Below are positions 16,877 to 26,237 of a stretch of DNA of 64,000 nt, piece by piece. The position numbers and the translations under genes are program-made. Position 1 is the stretch's first letter; every line of letters starts with the position of its first letter. The DNA comes from Patescibacteria group bacterium (GTDB lineage Bacteria; Patescibacteriota; Minisyncoccia; Phycocordibacterales; JACOZG01), in contig JAYEGE010000008.1 in NCBI GenBank assembly GCA_034658935.1, positions 68,678-132,677 of the forward strand, given 5' to 3'. Below the pieces are notes generated by a model that saw nothing but the letters and a program-made list of their open reading frames with translations, was not told where the DNA came from and ran no database searches.

Positions 16877-19105
16877 CTACTTTGTTAATTTATGCGGATT
16901 ATGGTTTGGACAAGATTTGCTGCTACATCTCTCGGGGATCGTTTTTGTGCCTTGCATCATTAGGGAGCCGCACATGGTGCAGAGGGCGCCGGTTGGCTTG
17001 GCCTTGATGGCGTTCTTACAGGTGGGGTAATTGGAACAAGAATAGAAGATACCGAAACGTCCACGTTTCTCGGTCATCTCGCCCGTCTGACTTATCCCCG
17101 ACAAGCCTTTTTTGCAGACTGGACATTTGACACCAGTCCTTTTGGCCTCTTCAGCAGCTTCATCTTTCTTTATGTATTTACATTTTGGATAATTCGCACA
17201 AGAGACAAAGGTGCCGAAACGTCCTTCGCGCTCAACGAGTTTTCCATTTTTGCACTCAGGGCAAGCCTCACCAGTTTCTTTGGGGGCCATTTCCTTACCT
17301 TCAAGTGTCTTGGCACCAGTACACTCTGGGAATTTAGCGCAGGAATAGAATTTGCCTGAGCGGCTCAATTTGATAATCATCGGGCCATCGCAGGTTGGAC
17401 ATTTCATATCATCAGGCGCTTCACCAAGATTGGTGATCTTTGGCATCTTCTTCTTGGAGGCGATCTCGAGAGTGAAGGGGCCGTAGAAATCTTTCAGAGT
17501 TTTTACATAGTCGCGTTTGCCGTCGGCGATCTCGTCGAGCTCGTTTTCCATCTCGCTAGTGAAGGAGTCGCTGATATAAGAGGCGAAATTATTTTCCAAG
17601 AACTCGCTTACAACATCACCGGTCTCAGTCGGCTTCAGGCTCCGGCTCTCTTTATCAACATAGCCACGGTCGATGATGGTCTTAATAGTTGGTGCGTAGG
17701 TAGAAGGTCGGCCAATGCCGCGCTTCTCCAGCTCTTTTACCAATCCCGCTTCAGTGTAGCGATTGGGCGGCAGGGTTTCCTTGCCCTCGCTATTTATTTC
17801 CTTTAGATCGAGTGTCTCACCTTCTTCAACCACAGGTAATTCTGTTTCTTCGCCTTTGGCCGCCGGATCAGCTTTGAGCCAACCATCGAAGGTGGTTATG
17901 GAGCCGTTGGTTTCGAAGTTCGGCAGGGCCGCGGTTTTAACATCTGATGTTTTGACCGCGGCAGCAATTATCAATTTTGTTCGCTTAATTTTGGCGTCAC
18001 TCATCTGGCTAGCCACGACACGCGACCAGATCAATTTATAGAGTTTTTGTTCCTGCGGTGTTTTGCCGGCGCTACTTACGTTGGCATGAGATGGTCGTAC
18101 TGCCTCATGGGCTTCTTGGGCACTCTTAGATTTTGCGGCGTAACGACGTGTTTGTAGGTGGTCGGTACCAAATTTGTCTTTGACTACTCTAGCAATTTCA
18201 CCCAAGGCCTGTTGGCTTAGGTTAGTGCTGTCGGTACGCATATAGGTGATATGCCCGGCCTCGTAGAGTTTTTGAGCTAAGCGCATAGTAATAGAGGGGG
18301 AGTAACCTAAGCGTGACGAGGCCGCTTGTTGGAGGGTGGAGGTAGTGAAAGGTGGGCGCGGTGAGCGTTTGGCCTCGGTTTGCTTCACTTCCTTAATTTG
18401 CCATTTAGCTTTTTTGGCTTCAGTAACGATTTGCTCAGCTTCTTCACCCGCTTTCGGTTCTTCTGTGCAATGGGCCGGAAGCTCCTCCTTCTTGCTTGTC
18501 GCAAATAGTCCGTCGATTACCCAGAACTTCTCTGGGATGAAGGCGCGGATTTCTCGCTCGCGCTCAACCAAGATGCGGAGGGCGGGGGACTGAACGCGGC
18601 CGGCCGAGAGGCCATAGCGGAGCTTCTGCCATATTAGCCCAGACAGGTCGTAGCCGAAGAGTCGGTCAAGGACTCTCCTTGCTTCTTGGGCCTTCAATAG
18701 ATCCTCATCGATATCGCGTGGGTGCTTCATTGCTTCTTGCACTGCCCCCTCGGTGATTTCGTTGAAGGTGATCCGCTTGGTCTTAGATTTAGGTAATTTT
18801 AAGACTTCAGCGACGTGCCAGGCGATGGCTTCTCCTTCGCGGTCAGGGTCTGTGGCCAGGACTATTTCCTCCGCCTTTTTTGCCTTTTCTTTAAGTTCAG
18901 AAACGATCTTCTCTTTACCTTTGCTGATTTCGTAATGAGGAATAAAGCCGCCCTCGATATCGATGGCGTTCTTGTTTGATTTTGGTAAGTCGCGGACGTG
19001 CCCAACTGAGGCACGGACTGTGTATTCGTTATTTAAATATTTCTCAATTGTCTTCGCTTTGGCGGGCGACTCAACAATTAATAATTTGTTTGTTTTGTTT
19101 GGCAT
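16877..19105 (-). CDS. topA: DNA topoisomerase I
   Basis: TOPRIM start MPNKTNKLLIVESPAKAKTI, the catalytic core and multiple C-terminal Cys4 zinc ribbons. The start is taken at the internal ATG (19105) of the longer ORF. Confidence 0.9.
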   Translation of the reverse strand: MPNKTNKLLIVESPAKAKTIEKYLNNEYTVRASVGHVRDLPKSNKNAIDIEGGFIPHYEISKGKEKIVSELKEKAKKAEEIVLATDPDREGEAIAWHVAEVLKLPKSKTKRITFNEITEGAVQEAMKHPRDIDEDLLKAQEARRVLDRLFGYDLSGLIWQKLRYGLSAGRVQSPALRILVEREREIRAFIPEKFWVIDGLFATSKKEELPAHCTEEPKAGEEAEQIVTEAKKAKWQIKEVKQTEAKRSPRPPFTTSTLQQAASSRLGYSPSITMRLAQKLYEAGHITYMRTDSTNLSQQALGEIARVVKDKFGTDHLQTRRYAAKSKSAQEAHEAVRPSHANVSSAGKTPQEQKLYKLIWSRVVASQMSDAKIKRTKLIIAAAVKTSDVKTAALPNFETNGSITTFDGWLKADPAAKGEETELPVVEEGETLDLKEINSEGKETLPPNRYTEAGLVKELEKRGIGRPSTYAPTIKTIIDRGYVDKESRSLKPTETGDVVSEFLENNFASYISDSFTSEMENELDEIADGKRDYVKTLKDFYGPFTLEIASKKKMPKITNLGEAPDDMKCPTCDGPMIIKLSRSGKFYSCAKFPECTGAKTLEGKEMAPKETGEACPECKNGKLVEREGRFGTFVSCANYPKCKYIKKDEAAEEAKRTGVKCPVCKKGLSGISQTGEMTEKRGRFGIFYSCSNYPTCKNAIKAKPTGALCTMCGSLMMQGTKTIPERCSSKSCPNHNPHKLTK

Positions 19106-19200
19106 GTACTTGTTAGAGCACATTAGTACTATGTATCCACATTTTTTGCAAATAGAAGATAGAAAAGGCCGCCCCGAAGTGGGGCGGCTGACGTTTCCGT

Positions 19201-20064
19201 TCATCCAAAGTATTCTTGTCGCGGTGGGCCGAGGCGAACAAGTTCGCAGAGCTTGGCTAAACCGGCAAGGAGGGTTAATTGATCGGTTCCCGCATCAATA
19301 TTGTGTGAGGATAGTGTGTAGCCTCTGTCCGGCCTCTCCGCCCCCATTGCTCGGCGATCTTCTCCCGGCCCAAGGGTGCAGGCGCTACCCGGTATTCGTA
19401 ACATAAGCCATTTTCCTCGCTGACACGATGCCTCGAAATCCCAATGACGGCCTGTATGCGGGGTGCCTGTAGAACACATCTTGGCATCAGCCTGGATCAT
19501 GGCAAGCTTGATGGGGATCAGGCGTGCTTCGTCGGGGCAATGAGCTAACCACCGAATTATAGCAGGCGATAGATCGACATCGAAGCCGGCAGCTTCCCTG
19601 CCGATTCCTGCACCTAAGCCGTTAATGAGCAGGAGTTGGTTGCCGGTGGCGCCGGTGTTACCTTCCCAATACAATAGGTTCCCGAGAAGGAGTTCCAGGG
19701 TGGAGCGAATGCATCGCATTATCGTCAAGCCTTTGACTCTGGCTTTGTCTGGAGAATGGATAGTCAATAGGGTGGGCAATTCAAAATTCCAACCTTGCCA
19801 GTTTTCGGGATCATCCTCTTCCATTGGTGAAAGCACCTCGCTGAAACCCCATGCCCGGCTTTTTTCAGGTGGTACGAAGTCGGGCAAATCGAATCGTTCT
19901 TGCCGATGTCTGATTCCGGCTGCACCAGAGCGTAAGTAGCTAATCAATGCAGGCCAGACTGCCCAATGAATTCTAATCCCGATTGTTTGCCCCTTGGACC
20001 CAAGAGTTAACTCATACCAAGCCGGACGGTCCTGGCGAACCAAGGCCGTAGAGTTTATGGTCAT
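19201..20064 (-). CDS. hypothetical protein, GC-rich relative to neighbours
   Basis: 287-aa ORF with no recognisable family. Possible Rossmann-like GLGAGIG. It is followed by its own hairpin plus T-run terminator at 19140-19187. Confidence 0.5.
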   Translation of the reverse strand: MTINSTALVRQDRPAWYELTLGSKGQTIGIRIHWAVWPALISYLRSGAAGIRHRQERFDLPDFVPPEKSRAWGFSEVLSPMEEDDPENWQGWNFELPTLLTIHSPDKARVKGLTIMRCIRSTLELLLGNLLYWEGNTGATGNQLLLINGLGAGIGREAAGFDVDLSPAIIRWLAHCPDEARLIPIKLAMIQADAKMCSTGTPHTGRHWDFEASCQRGKWLMLRIPGSACTLGPGEDRRAMGAERPDRGYTLSSHNIDAGTDQLTLLAGLAKLCELVRLGPPRQEYFG

Positions 20065-20144
20065 AATTATCCCTCCGCATATATTTTGAATTAACTGTAA
20101 TGAACAACGCTGTGCTGAGTTTAACTATCTGGATGTTTTTTGCA

Positions 20145-20172
20145 AATGTTAAACACCGGGTGTTTAACATTT
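20145..20172. repeat. REP-like 28-nt perfect palindrome (AAATGTTAAACACC|GGTGTTTAACATTT)
   Basis: It overlaps the dprA stop codon. The arms closely resemble the palindromes flanking the RAYT gene at 63272-63965 (AATGTTAGACATT..AATGTCTAACATT). Confidence 0.7.
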
Positions 20173-21038
20173 CAATTTAGCCGAATTTCCCCGCCTGTTT
20201 CCTTGACGATGCCTTTGATTTCAAGAATACCGAGGAGAGAATTGGCGGTGCTGGTTTCAAGTCCGAGGGCGCGGATGAGGTTGTCGCGTGGGAGAGTCTC
20301 GATTTGGAGAATGTCTACTATCTTTTTTTCGTCCGGCGATAAATCTTGGAGCGGTAATTTAGCTGGCCCGCTTTCTTCGGTATTGAAACTCAAGGCTTCT
20401 AATAATTCCTGAGAGGAAGTAATGGGAGTGGCGCCTTGGCGAATTAACCAATTGGTCCCGGCAGAGCCGGGCGAGAAGATGGAGCCAGGCACGGTCAATA
20501 CGTCGCGGTTATAATCGAGTGCTAAGCGGGCGGTGATAAGGGTCCCCGACTTGAGTCCGGCCTCTATCACTAAGGTGGCCTGAGACAGGCCGGCCATGAT
20601 GCGATTGCGGCGGGGGAAGGTATGGATTCCGGCTGGCTTGGTGGGCGAGTATTCTGAGAGGAGGGCTCCGCCGTGCTCGACGATCTCGTCGGCCAAGTGT
20701 TTGTTTGAGTGGGGATGAAGAACGGACCTATCTAATCCAGAACCAGGCACGGCAATGGTGGTGAGTCCGGCGCTTAGCGCCGCCTGGTGGGCGATAGTGT
20801 CTATACCCAAGGCTAAACCAGAAACTATAACAATTGGATAAGCCGCTAGTCCGGCGATTAATACCTCGCAAACCTCGCGGCCGTAATGGGAGTATTTGCG
20901 TGAGCCGACTACAGTCAAAAACACAGCGTTGTCTTGCGGCCAGGCGCTCTCTAAATAGAGTTTTTCTGGCGGATCGGCCATTTCAGCCAATGCCTTCGGA
21001 AACTCTTCTGGGCCCAGCTCTCTAATGGGAGATGGCAT
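20172..21038 (-). CDS. dprA: DNA processing protein DprA (Smf)
   Basis: Rossmann-like DprA core: VVGSRKYSHYGREV..VSGLALGIDTIAHQAAL. A C-terminal winged-helix-like tail follows. Confidence 0.85.
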   Translation of the reverse strand: MPSPIRELGPEEFPKALAEMADPPEKLYLESAWPQDNAVFLTVVGSRKYSHYGREVCEVLIAGLAAYPIVIVSGLALGIDTIAHQAALSAGLTTIAVPGSGLDRSVLHPHSNKHLADEIVEHGGALLSEYSPTKPAGIHTFPRRNRIMAGLSQATLVIEAGLKSGTLITARLALDYNRDVLTVPGSIFSPGSAGTNWLIRQGATPITSSQELLEALSFNTEESGPAKLPLQDLSPDEKKIVDILQIETLPRDNLIRALGLETSTANSLLGILEIKGIVKETGGEIRLN

Positions 21039-21265
21039 GATGAAGTAATTGTATCAGGATTTGGCCAATTGCTATGAACGAGTATAATTGAGTGATGGAA
21101 AATTTCCCAAGTCAGGAGCATTTTAGAGAGAATGTGGGGCGTGCGGACAAGGAGCGTGTAGCAGCTGAATTAGTGGCGAATCGATTTGAGGCGGTCCTTG
21201 CTAGAGTGCCGAAACAGCTCAGGGAGGACCCCACCTTTGAGTCTAGCGCTGAGCGATTTTAAAAT

Positions 21266-21556
21266 ATGAGACATAAAATAGAAGACGAGTGTGATTATCT
21301 AGTGGCTGAGGCTCAAAAGGTCACCGATCAGGCTCGTAAGATTTTGGACGAAGCCAAGGAGGCCAATGATTATTACCGAGAAAAACTAGCTGCCAAGCTG
21401 GTAGCCTTTTGTGAAGCTGAGGAAAAATATTTTTCTCATTATATTGAGCTCAAACTTTATTATCCAGATCTAGCTAAGACGATTGAGAGCCATCGGTCAC
21501 ATTTGCGAGAGATTATGAACCAAGCCACCACCGATCATGAACAACTCAAGTCCTGA
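21266..21556 (+). CDS. hypothetical coiled-coil protein
   Basis: 96-aa helical ORF with no recognisable family. Confidence 0.4.
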   Translation: MRHKIEDECDYLVAEAQKVTDQARKILDEAKEANDYYREKLAAKLVAFCEAEEKYFSHYIELKLYYPDLAKTIESHRSHLREIMNQATTDHEQLKS

Positions 21557-22583
21557 TACTGAACAACACCTGGCATATATTAGGGGACTCCAGGCATCTT
21601 CCGGTCTTTTCATGGCCTCGGCGGCAGAGGTGGCTACTGGTTACAATAAAGCTTGGCTACGTGATAATTTTTACACCGCCATGGCTTTTGAGGCGGTAGA
21701 GGATTGGGAGACGGTGCGTCGTGTCTGGCGGACTCTGCTTGCCGTCTTGGCTAAACATGAGGATAAGATCACCTGGGCTGCGGCCAATAAGCCGCATGCC
21801 TCTTGGCAATACATTCATGCTCGTTATCACCCCGAGACCTTCGAAGAGTTTTGGGAAGAGTGGGGAAATAAGCAGAATGATGCGGTGGGCGCTATTTTGT
21901 TTAAGCTAGGCGAACTGGAGATGGGTGGGCATGGAGTGATCGAGAGCGAGGCCGATAAACGACTGATACAGAAATTAATTGATTATGTTCAAAACATTGA
22001 ATATTGGCATGACCCAGATGCCGGAATGTGGGAGGAGAACGAGGAGGTGCATGCTTCTTCAATTGGCGCCGTGGTAGCCGGGTTAAAGCAGATTGCCCAA
22101 CTTGATTATATCCAGGTGCCCAACGATTTAATTGCCAAAGGTGAAAATGCCCTACAAAGTCTCTTGCCGCGAGAGTCGCATGGCAAATTTTCTGACTTGG
22201 CGCAATTAAGTTTGATTTGGCCCTACCAAGTAGCTAATGAAGAGCAAATAATCGAAATTTTAAAAAATCTTGAATACCATTTGGAAAAAGAGCGTGGAAT
22301 TGTCCGTTACAAAACCGACAAATATTACAACTATAATAAAGATGGTTGGAGCGAGGAAGCCGAGTGGACCTTCGGTTTCCCCTGGCTGGCCATTATCTGT
22401 GCCGAGCGTGGCGACTTAGATAAGGCGCGTGAGTATCTCGCTAAGGCTGAAGCAGTCTTGACTCCAGAGCGAAAGATGCCCGAACTATATTATTCTAATA
22501 CGGATAAAACAAACGAGAATGTGCCCCTTGCTTGGTCGCAAAGTCTCTTGGTGGTGGCCAAGATCAAGTTGTCACAGGGTTAG
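21537..22583 (+). CDS. glycoside hydrolase family 15-like (glucoamylase-type alpha/alpha barrel) protein
   Basis: W- and E-rich motifs (AWLRDNFY, GMWEE) typical of GH15 catalytic domains. The family assignment is tentative. Confidence 0.55.
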   Translation: MNNSSPDTEQHLAYIRGLQASSGLFMASAAEVATGYNKAWLRDNFYTAMAFEAVEDWETVRRVWRTLLAVLAKHEDKITWAAANKPHASWQYIHARYHPETFEEFWEEWGNKQNDAVGAILFKLGELEMGGHGVIESEADKRLIQKLIDYVQNIEYWHDPDAGMWEENEEVHASSIGAVVAGLKQIAQLDYIQVPNDLIAKGENALQSLLPRESHGKFSDLAQLSLIWPYQVANEEQIIEILKNLEYHLEKERGIVRYKTDKYYNYNKDGWSEEAEWTFGFPWLAIICAERGDLDKAREYLAKAEAVLTPERKMPELYYSNTDKTNENVPLAWSQSLLVVAKIKLSQG

Positions 22584-22584
22584 T

Positions 22585-22818
22585 ATGTATATTCGGCTTA
22601 ATGTTATTGCCGGTGCCAAGAAAGAAAAACTCAAATGTCGCGGCAGTGGTAAATATGATATTAGCGTAAAGGAACCAGCTGAACTCAATCGGGCCAATAA
22701 ACGAGCTCTAAGTGTGCTGTCCAAAGAACTCGGAGTGCCAATAAAAAATCTACGTATTCTCATTGGACATCATTTATCTCGTAAATTAGTTTCTGTTCGT
22801 AAGGTTGACACTTCTTAA
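22585..22818 (+). CDS. DUF167 (YggU-like) family protein
   Basis: 77 aa: MYIRLNVIAGAKKEKLK...LSKELGVPIKNLRILIGHHLSRKLV matches the DUF167 pattern. Confidence 0.6.
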   Translation: MYIRLNVIAGAKKEKLKCRGSGKYDISVKEPAELNRANKRALSVLSKELGVPIKNLRILIGHHLSRKLVSVRKVDTS

Positions 22819-22892
22819 AATAATGCTAGTTTGGGAGCAGTAATGAGGAACGGTTCCTGGTCTTTGTCTAAGGCCTAAGAAAGGAGGGTGAG

Positions 22893-22982
22893 ATGAATGC
22901 CTCTCCCCAAAGCGGTCCTCTGGTCATTACCGACGTCTTTTCCAGTCTGGTCGAGGAGCTTATAGCCCAGAGTTCGTTGTAG
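22893..22982 (+). CDS. possible 29-aa small protein
   Basis: Strong SD AAAGGAGGGTG 5 nt upstream of the ATG. It is followed by a hairpin plus T-run terminator at 23010-23043. Confidence 0.3.
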   Translation: MNASPQSGPLVITDVFSSLVEELIAQSSL

Positions 22983-23009
22983 TCAACCTGAAGAGTTAGG
23001 CGCTCTAAA

Positions 23010-23043
23010 GCCCCCTGAACCACTACAGTGGTCGGGGGCCTTT
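23010..23043 (+). terminator. rho-independent terminator
   Basis: GCCCCCTGAACCACT..AGTGGTCGGGGGC stem followed by CTTTTTAT. Confidence 0.6.
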
Positions 23044-25014
23044 TTATACAAACTCGAAATCGATTACCTTATCTTTGAGGTCGGCCTTAACTACTTTTAT
23101 TTTAACTTGGTCGCCGAGGCGGTAGCGTCGGCCGCTATCTTTACCAACCATGGCGTAATTTTTTTCATCGAAGATATAGAAGTCGTCACTTAAGTCAGCT
23201 AGTCGTACCATTCCTTCAGATAAAGTTTCTTGCTCTTGAACATAGATACCCCACTTACTTAATCCGGAGATTATGCCATCGTAAGATTGGCCAATGCGCT
23301 CACTCATGTATTCGATCTGCTTATAGCGAATAGATTCTCGTTCGGCCTCTTGGGCGGCGACTTCTCGTTCAGTAGCATGTTCGGCCAGTCGATGATATTC
23401 CTCTAGGAGTTTGCTGGACGGCGCTTTGCCGCGGATATAATGATCAAGGAGGCGATGAACCATAATGTCTGGGTAGCGACGGATGGGGGAAGTAAAGTGG
23501 GCGTAATGTTTGAAGGCCAGCCCGTAATGCCCAATATTCTTCATCGAGTAGGTGGCCTTAGACATTGTCCGTAGGGCAGCGGTGTGGATCATCGCTTCTT
23601 CTGGGGTGCCCTCCACCGCCCTCAATAATTTATTCATGTTCTCTTGAGTGACGCCGTCCTCGTCGATCTTTAAGCGGTAACCTAGGGGCTCAATAAAATC
23701 GGCCAATTGTTTGAGTCTGTCGGTATCGGGGATGTCGTGGACGCGATAGACGAAGTGCTTGTCTTTATTCTCCACGATCTTAGAGACGAACTCAGCCACC
23801 TTACGATTAGCCAGGAGCATTAGGTCTTCTATTAAGAGATGCGTATCGGTGCGCTCCTTACGGATAACCTTAAGTGGCTTGCCGTTTTTGTCGAGAACGA
23901 ATTTAACCTCGTCAGATTCAAAGGCGATGGAGCCAGCATCCTCGCGTCCACGGCGCAGGTGCTTGGCTAGTTTGTTGAGGGCGGTAATTTCCCCGTGGTG
24001 CTTGCTCTGCTTGTCGTCTAGGGTCTCCTGGGCATCTTCGTAAGAGTAACGTTGGTCAGAATGGATTATGGTTCGGCCATACCACTCGTCGATTAGTTCG
24101 AACTTTGTTGCCTGTGCCGAGCCTGTCGAGGTAAAGGTGAAGACAGCCGAGAAGGTGAGCTTGTCTTCATTGGGGTTAAGGCTACATAAATCGTTTGAGA
24201 GCACCTCCGGCAACATAGGGATGGTGCGGTCAACTAGGTAGATAGAGGTAGCCCGTTTGATGGCCTCCCTGTCTAATTTGGTGCCTGGGCGGACATAATG
24301 GGCTGGGTCGGCAATATGGACTCCGACTTCTATTTGCCCGCTTTCCAATTCTTGGTAGGAGATGGCGTCATCAAAATCCTTAGCGTCAGCCGGGTCGATA
24401 GTGAAGGTGAGGACGGGGCGGAAATCGCGGCGCCCTTCTTTGTCCTCTGACTCGATCAGTTTAATTTCCTCGGCGAAGTCTGCCGCCGCGCCGGCCTTAA
24501 TTTCTTTAGCTTCTTTCTCAACCTCTGCTGGGAAACCAGAATCAAAGCCGCGCTCATAAACAATGGCTTGCATCTCAGTTTCGTGGCGACCAGCTACGCC
24601 GATATCCTTCATAACTTCGCCAACAGGATCTTTTTTGGAGTCTTTCCAATCAGTGATTTTAGCTAATACCTTGTCGCCGGGTTTAACCCCCTTTGTTTTT
24701 TTGTCAGCAACTAAGATGTCCTTATAGACCCGCTTATCGTCGGGAACCACAAAGAAAGAGTTGCCGTCTTTCTCAAGTAGCCCCACAAACTCTAGTCGTT
24801 TGCGCTCAACGATTTTAATAACTTGGCCGGAGCGTCTGTCGCTCCTGGAACTAGGGTCTATTTCTATTTCTACCAGGTCGCCCGGTAGGGCAGTGTTTAG
24901 TGAATTAGGCTCTATCTCTACTGCCTCGCTATCGCGCCCAAGTTCAGGGTCTAGCCTAACGTAGCCAAAACCCTTGGTTGAGATTCGGATTTCTCCGGTA
25001 AGTGTTTTTTTCAT
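23044..25014 (-). CDS. rnr: ribonuclease R (RNase II family, RNB domain + C-terminal S1)
   Basis: N-terminal cold-shock/OB region, RNB catalytic domain and C-terminal S1 domain. Confidence 0.9.
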   Translation of the reverse strand: MKKTLTGEIRISTKGFGYVRLDPELGRDSEAVEIEPNSLNTALPGDLVEIEIDPSSRSDRRSGQVIKIVERKRLEFVGLLEKDGNSFFVVPDDKRVYKDILVADKKTKGVKPGDKVLAKITDWKDSKKDPVGEVMKDIGVAGRHETEMQAIVYERGFDSGFPAEVEKEAKEIKAGAAADFAEEIKLIESEDKEGRRDFRPVLTFTIDPADAKDFDDAISYQELESGQIEVGVHIADPAHYVRPGTKLDREAIKRATSIYLVDRTIPMLPEVLSNDLCSLNPNEDKLTFSAVFTFTSTGSAQATKFELIDEWYGRTIIHSDQRYSYEDAQETLDDKQSKHHGEITALNKLAKHLRRGREDAGSIAFESDEVKFVLDKNGKPLKVIRKERTDTHLLIEDLMLLANRKVAEFVSKIVENKDKHFVYRVHDIPDTDRLKQLADFIEPLGYRLKIDEDGVTQENMNKLLRAVEGTPEEAMIHTAALRTMSKATYSMKNIGHYGLAFKHYAHFTSPIRRYPDIMVHRLLDHYIRGKAPSSKLLEEYHRLAEHATEREVAAQEAERESIRYKQIEYMSERIGQSYDGIISGLSKWGIYVQEQETLSEGMVRLADLSDDFYIFDEKNYAMVGKDSGRRYRLGDQVKIKVVKADLKDKVIDFEFV

Positions 25015-25058
25015 TATTTACGTATATTAGCTGATTTAGACGAAAAACAAAATGGCCT

Positions 25059-25080
25059 CGTGATTCACCGGTGAATCACG
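25059..25080. terminator. 22-nt perfect palindrome CGTGATTCACC|GGTGAATCACG with T-run on minus strand
   Basis: It overlaps the stop of the small acidic ORF. On the minus strand ATTTTGTTTTT follows. It lies 45 nt upstream of the rnr start, so it could act as terminator, attenuator or operator. Confidence 0.5.
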
Positions 25081-25306
25081 AGACCTCCTGGCTGGGAGAA
25101 TCCTCATCGCTGCTCTCTGACTCGGAGCCGCTTTGGGGACGAAGGAGCTTGGGGTCTACCGGAGGCAGGCTATCGAAATGTCGGTCGCAATCTGACAAGG
25201 CCGCCGCCGCCGCTTCTTCCTCCGTAGTCTCAGCTAGGCTGTGGGGTACTGCTATCCTTTTGACGCGTGCCCGCAGGCTCTCTGCCCATAGTCGTAACCA
25301 GTGCAT
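25076..25306 (-). CDS. possible small acidic Ser/Glu-rich protein (76 aa)
   Basis: Strong SD GAAGGAGGTG 6 nt upstream of the ATG on the minus strand. Low-complexity C-terminus, GC-rich. Confidence 0.35.
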   Translation of the reverse strand: MHWLRLWAESLRARVKRIAVPHSLAETTEEEAAAAALSDCDRHFDSLPPVDPKLLRPQSGSESESSDEDSPSQEVS

Positions 25307-25364
25307 TCTACACCTCCTTCTGCGCTCACTGTGTCATATTTTCTCATAAAGATCAAGCCGAGCA

Positions 25365-25393
25365 TTGACTCTTCTGGGAAGGATTGCTACACT
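25365..25393 (+). promoter_or_regulatory. sigma70-like promoter (TTGACT-17 nt-TACACT) for rpsP
   Basis: About 10 nt upstream of the rpsP ATG at 25404. Confidence 0.5.
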
Positions 25394-25403
25394 GGTCCCC
25401 ACA

Positions 25404-25835
25404 ATGTTGAAGATCAGATTACAGCGCGTCGGCCGCAGAAATGACCCCTCCTTTAGGGTGGTTGTTATGGATTCTCATAAAGAGTCTCAGAGTGGTAAGT
25501 TTGTGGAGATCCTCGGCTCCTATAACGCTCGCCATGGCAAGCCACAATTTAAGGCCGAGCGGGTTAAGCATTGGATCAGTGTTGGCGCCCAAGTGTCTGG
25601 CACTGTCCACAATCTATTAATTAATCAGAAGATCATCGAGGGCAAAAAGATCAACGTCTTGCCTAAGAGGAAGCCCAAAGCTGAAGAACCAGCTGAAGAG
25701 TTGAAGGATGAGACTAAAGCCGAGCCCAAAGTCGAGGAGGGCGAAGTAAAAGAAGAAAAAACTGAAGAGCCGGAAGCAAAAGAAGAGAAAGTGGAAGAGA
25801 AAAAAGACGAAAAACTTGACGCTCCGGCAACCTAG
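25404..25835 (+). CDS. rpsP: 30S ribosomal protein S16 with Lys/Glu-rich C-terminal extension
   Basis: Starts MLKIRLQRVGRRNDPSFRVVV, the S16 signature. The first ATG of the track ORF (which begins at TTG) is used. Confidence 0.9.
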   Translation: MLKIRLQRVGRRNDPSFRVVVMDSHKESQSGKFVEILGSYNARHGKPQFKAERVKHWISVGAQVSGTVHNLLINQKIIEGKKINVLPKRKPKAEEPAEELKDETKAEPKVEEGEVKEEKTEEPEAKEEKVEEKKDEKLDAPAT

Positions 25836-25895
25836 CCCCATAATGGAGTCAGCGCAACGCCACCAGGTGTTGCTTTAACAGCTAACCTAGAATTT

Positions 25896-26237
25896 ATGGC
25901 AGAAAATTTCCAAGATCAGGAGTTTCTTGAGTCTCTTGTCAAGTCCTTAGTTGATAATCCCGTAGACGTTAAGATAGATCGTCGGGTTGATGAGATGGGG
26001 GTCCTGATGACTCTCGACGTTAATCCAGCCGATATGGGTAAGGTTATCGGTCGCCAAGGCAATACTGCCAAGGCAATCCGGACTCTGCTCCGAGTTGTTG
26101 GGATGAAGAACAACGCCCGAGTTAATTTAAAGATTAATGAACCAGCTGGTTCAACTCGTGAAGCTCCGGAGGCACCAGCTGAGGTCCCCAGTGCTTCGGC
26201 CGCGGTTGAAGATGCGATGCGCGATATAAAAGCTTAA
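25896..26237 (+). CDS. KH-domain RNA-binding protein (KhpA/YlqC-like)
   Basis: GxxG KH motif (VIGRQGNTAKAIRTL) in the conserved position after rpsP. Confidence 0.8.
   Translation: MAENFQDQEFLESLVKSLVDNPVDVKIDRRVDEMGVLMTLDVNPADMGKVIGRQGNTAKAIRTLLRVVGMKNNARVNLKINEPAGSTREAPEAPAEVPSASAAVEDAMRDIKA

Noticed and set aside
16815-17030. 71-aa plus ORF after the RT gene
   Set aside because: It lies wholly inside the topA coding region on the opposite strand.
19625-19939. 104-aa plus ORF inside the GC-rich orphan gene
   Set aside because: Arg/Ser-rich junk translation antisense to a longer, more plausible ORF.
25071-25349. 92-aa plus-strand ORF upstream of rpsP
   Set aside because: It has no RBS, and its Ser/Leu-rich translation is the mirror of a GC-rich region. 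The opposite-strand ORF has a strong SD and is the better candidate.
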